NCBI GenBank assembly: GCA_963664195.1
Contig: OY760907.1
Span: forward strand, 2,400,001-2,464,000
Source of the DNA: an uncultured candidate division Zixibacteria bacterium
GTDB taxonomy: Bacteria; Zixibacteria; MSB-5A5; GN15; FEB-12
DNA length: 64,000 nucleotides
Direction of reading: 5' to 3'
The notes under the pieces are model-generated. The model was given only the letters and a program-made list of their open reading frames with translations. It was not told the origin of the DNA and did not search any database. Below, one piece after another: positions 61,132 to 64,000 of the stretch (position 1 is the stretch's first letter; every line of letters starts with the position of its first letter). Both the position numbers and the translations under genes were made by a program.

Positions 61132-62877
61132 CTACAGCGAGTAAGTGAAACGCACATAGAATTTAGGGTCATCGTTTTCCGAGCGGTCGAGTCGCTTGGC
61201 AAGCGTCACTCTGAAGTCATCGCCGATATACCCTGACACGCCCAGCGAATGTTTGACCTCGTCGTTGTCGACGAATCTCGTGTCTTTGGCAATCCGTCCG
61301 ACATCCCAATGCAGCGATGCTGCAAGGTCTGTTTTTGGAAAGTCAATCCGATATTCGGTGTTGAGCATCCAGAAGCGCGTACCCATATACTCCTTGTGCT
61401 TGTACCCGCGAACAGTCCCGAGACCGCCAAGATAGAACTGCTTGTGCATGGGGAGATACCCGTCGGATCCGCCGTATGTGCCCTTCACAATGAGCATGAG
61501 TCGACGATTGAGACTCTGGAAGCGGCTAACGGAGACCAAGTATCGACGGTAATCGTAATCCGAATCCAGACCCGGCGCCGACCAGTCGAATCTGAGATTG
61601 GCGCTCCAGGCCGAATACTCGAACGGGTCTTCTTCATCGCGAGTATCATACGCCGCGCCCAGGAAGAGACCGGCATCGGTCAGGCTATCAATATCCGCAA
61701 TGCCCTGCTCCCTGAAAACCGGGTCGACAGAGCTGAAGTTGGTCGGGAATTTCTTGTCTCCCCCAAACAGCGACCAGAGATCGCGCTCCGCTTCAAACCA
61801 CTTCGTTTCCTCGTAATAATACCCGGCCGATAATTCGAGGGTTGTCATCGGACGGGTCCGGATCCAGGCTCGGGCACCCTCGGCTTCGTAGTAGTCTTTG
61901 AAGTCTTCCGTCCAGAAGAACGTAAAAGCATTGTTTTCGCTTGTTGAAATCAGCCAGTCATCCTCGGAGGCGAGTCTGCGATACATCTTGCCCCCGACAG
62001 AAATCGGCATGCTCCTGAGCACCGGCTGCTCGAATCCCAACTCGTAGCGCCAGCGTTCTGATTCAAAGGCGTATCCTGCCGTCGCCCAGACTGACGGCAA
62101 GACCGAGTCACGATCATCATAGCGCGCCCCTGCCATGAGTGCGATACCGTCGACCCGGTTATAATACATGTCCGCTTCCATCGAGACTTCCATTTGGCGG
62201 CGGAAGAACCGATGCCGGCGGCCGGATATCTTGCCCTTGCCACTGAATATCTCACCATATACGGAGGCATCCCGAGCGACATCGGCGTTTCCTTCGATTG
62301 ACAGAATGTCACCTCGAATAACCGCATCCGGGCCGACAAAGACACTTCCGAACAACGAGATGATATCTTTGTTCACCTCGCCGTAAACCTCGATATCGCC
62401 GGTCACGGCGAAAACGAACCCACGAACGAAATCATCCTCCTCGACAACTGTCGTGCCGAATGGTGCGATCAGGTTGCCGCGACGGATGCGGGAAGTACGA
62501 CGATCGTCGGCGCTGCGCGTATAAAACGTGATCGTGATGTGCTCGTCAGTGTCATGGACGCGGATGTCTGTTATCTCATCGTAGGGGTAGGCCTTCCCGG
62601 CAAGCCAGAGGGCGCGAACATCAAAGAGCAGTTGGTCGTCGGCGAATACTTCGTTGCCCCGGACTTTTAGAGACGAGCGATGGTACTTGAACAGGTCTAG
62701 CTGACCATCACCGTCGTTTGAGACCTCCAGATGATCGTCATCAAAAGTGATTTCGAAAAACACTCGCTTGCTGGTTGTCCGCTCGAAATCCTTGTATTCG
62801 TCGGAAGCCGCCAGCGTTGATACCGGGATCAATCCTATGAGAAGAGCGATTGCCAGAAGTATCGTGGTCTGTTTCAT
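61132..62877 (-). CDS. Omp85/BamA-TamA-family barrel with N-terminal bactofilin-like beta-helix region
   Basis: Signal peptide, repeats GDIEVYGEVNKDI/GSVFVGPDAVIRGDI, YNRVDG, LGGLGTVRGY, NTEYR, and terminal FYVRFTYSL. Confidence 0.78.
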   Translation of the reverse strand: MKQTTILLAIALLIGLIPVSTLAASDEYKDFERTTSKRVFFEITFDDDHLEVSNDGDGQLDLFKYHRSSLKVRGNEVFADDQLLFDVRALWLAGKAYPYDEITDIRVHDTDEHITITFYTRSADDRRTSRIRRGNLIAPFGTTVVEEDDFVRGFVFAVTGDIEVYGEVNKDIISLFGSVFVGPDAVIRGDILSIEGNADVARDASVYGEIFSGKGKISGRRHRFFRRQMEVSMEADMYYNRVDGIALMAGARYDDRDSVLPSVWATAGYAFESERWRYELGFEQPVLRSMPISVGGKMYRRLASEDDWLISTSENNAFTFFWTEDFKDYYEAEGARAWIRTRPMTTLELSAGYYYEETKWFEAERDLWSLFGGDKKFPTNFSSVDPVFREQGIADIDSLTDAGLFLGAAYDTRDEEDPFEYSAWSANLRFDWSAPGLDSDYDYRRYLVSVSRFQSLNRRLMLIVKGTYGGSDGYLPMHKQFYLGGLGTVRGYKHKEYMGTRFWMLNTEYRIDFPKTDLAASLHWDVGRIAKDTRFVDNDEVKHSLGVSGYIGDDFRVTLAKRLDRSENDDPKFYVRFTYSL

Positions 62878-62910
62878 GCCTGTGTATCCTCCGTATTTAC
62901 CCCGGCATAC

Positions 62911-62926
62911 AACAAGAACCGTGCCT
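62911..62926 (-). promoter_or_regulatory. Candidate sigma-54 (-24/-12) promoter
   Basis: Minus strand AGGCACG-GTTC-TTGTT versus consensus TGGCACG-N4-TTGC(A/T). It lies 33 nt upstream of the Omp85 start and next to a sigma-54 activator gene. Confidence 0.5.
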
Positions 62927-63007
62927 ACAAGTCAACTTGTGATTTGCTAAGGCTTTGCGCGGTCGGAATGGATGTGAATCGTGGCACATTGCCACACCCG
63001 GGCACAG

Positions 63008-64000
63008 TTACTGGTCACGGCTTTTCAGGCCCATCTCCTTCACCTTGCGGGAGAGATTGGCGCGGTCAGTATTGAGTCTTCGAGCCGCCTCCGAGATGTT
63101 GCCCTTGCACTCCTTCAACGTACTTTCGATCAACCGCTGTTCAAACGTTGCCACTTGTTCCGCCAGCGACTTGTCATTGGCGGGATTCCTTTGTCTGGCC
63201 ACGGACCGCACGGTCTGCCCGGTGATGTCCTCTACTTCTACCGACCGATTCGGGCACAGTATGGTTAGTCGTTCGATGATGTTTTTGAGCTGGCGAACAT
63301 TGCCCGGATACTCCTGTGTGCCAAGGTGAGCCAGAGCTCCGGCGGATAGCTTCGTCCCCTCATGCGGGTCGAATCGACGAAGGAACTCTCCTGCAAGCAG
63401 CGGGACATCCTCACGTCTGGCTGAAAGAGGTGGTGCATTCACCACAAAAACCGAGATGCGGTAGTACAGATCCTGGCGGAACTTCCCGTCAGCAACCAGC
63501 TTCTGCAGGTCACGGTTTGTTGCACAGATGACACGTACGTCCACCCGACGGTGTTTCTCGCTGCCGATGGTTTCGACCTCGCCGGATTCGAGCACACGAA
63601 GAAGTTTGGCCTGAGAAGGGAGAGGCAGATCACCAATCTCATCGAGGAATATCGTCCCACCGTCAGCTTGTATGAACTTGCCGGGATGATCCCTGGTGGC
63701 GCCGGTAAAGGATCCTTTGACATGGCCGAACAACTCTGATTCAAACAGCGTTTCAGGTATTCCGGGGCAGTTCACCTTAAGGAACGCTTTCTCTCTGCGT
63801 TTGCTTTGTAAGTAGAGCCTGGTGGCGATTAACTCCTTGCCGGTACCATTTTCGCCCGTGATCAGGACATTGGTATCGGTGGGGGCCACCTGGGCGATTG
63901 TGGTCAGCAATGATCTGATGGCTGGCGACTCACCTACTATGCGGCACTCCTGGTCAATCTCGTCCACGTGTACGGAACGCTGTCGGTTTGCTGCAATCAA
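63008..64000 (-). CDS. Sigma-54-dependent transcriptional activator (NtrC family), 5' end outside window
   Basis: ITGENGTGKE, ESELFGHVKGSFTGA, FLDEIG, FRQDLYYR, YPGNVRQL, and a Fis-type HTH (GNISEAARRL). Confidence 0.95.
   Translation of the reverse strand: MIAANRQRSVHVDEIDQECRIVGESPAIRSLLTTIAQVAPTDTNVLITGENGTGKELIATRLYLQSKRREKAFLKVNCPGIPETLFESELFGHVKGSFTGATRDHPGKFIQADGGTIFLDEIGDLPLPSQAKLLRVLESGEVETIGSEKHRRVDVRVICATNRDLQKLVADGKFRQDLYYRISVFVVNAPPLSARREDVPLLAGEFLRRFDPHEGTKLSAGALAHLGTQEYPGNVRQLKNIIERLTILCPNRSVEVEDITGQTVRSVARQRNPANDKSLAEQVATFEQRLIESTLKECKGNISEAARRLNTDRANLSRKVKEMGLKSRDQ

Overview
A gene-dense, moderately GC-rich bacterial chromosome segment. A C-terminal dockerin-like repeat and FlgD-Ig/T9SS-CTD-like tails suggest an FCB-group organism such as candidate division Zixibacteria (inference only). 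Housekeeping blocks are a MacAB-type ABC exporter, a complete suf operon, a long mixed operon (Man-1-P guanylyltransferase, tsaC, LMW-PTP, ftcD, PHP and others), a full nuoA-N operon, purF, a ClC transporter and two-component/sigma-54 genes. The most unusual element is a tightly packed minus-strand operon (<1-8301). It encodes a POTRA-less Omp85 barrel, a lipoprotein with intact kinase motifs, a second lipoprotein (degenerate RelA/SpoT-like domain plus an 'SGHY' domain), an NTT-HEAT ATP/ADP translocase, a degenerate cNMP-binding protein and a PAP2 phosphatase. This is a candidate extracytoplasmic ATP-fuelled phosphorylation system. Other highlights are a probable C-terminal selenoprotein glutaredoxin with a SECIS-like hairpin between nuoM and nuoN, a G16 tract that frameshifts a secreted metalloprotease, a bacterial PHPT1/Janus-like protein, and a family of GTAG REP-like palindromes. 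I recognised no rRNA, tRNA, CRISPR array or transposase. All family assignments come from motif recognition by eye, not database searches.
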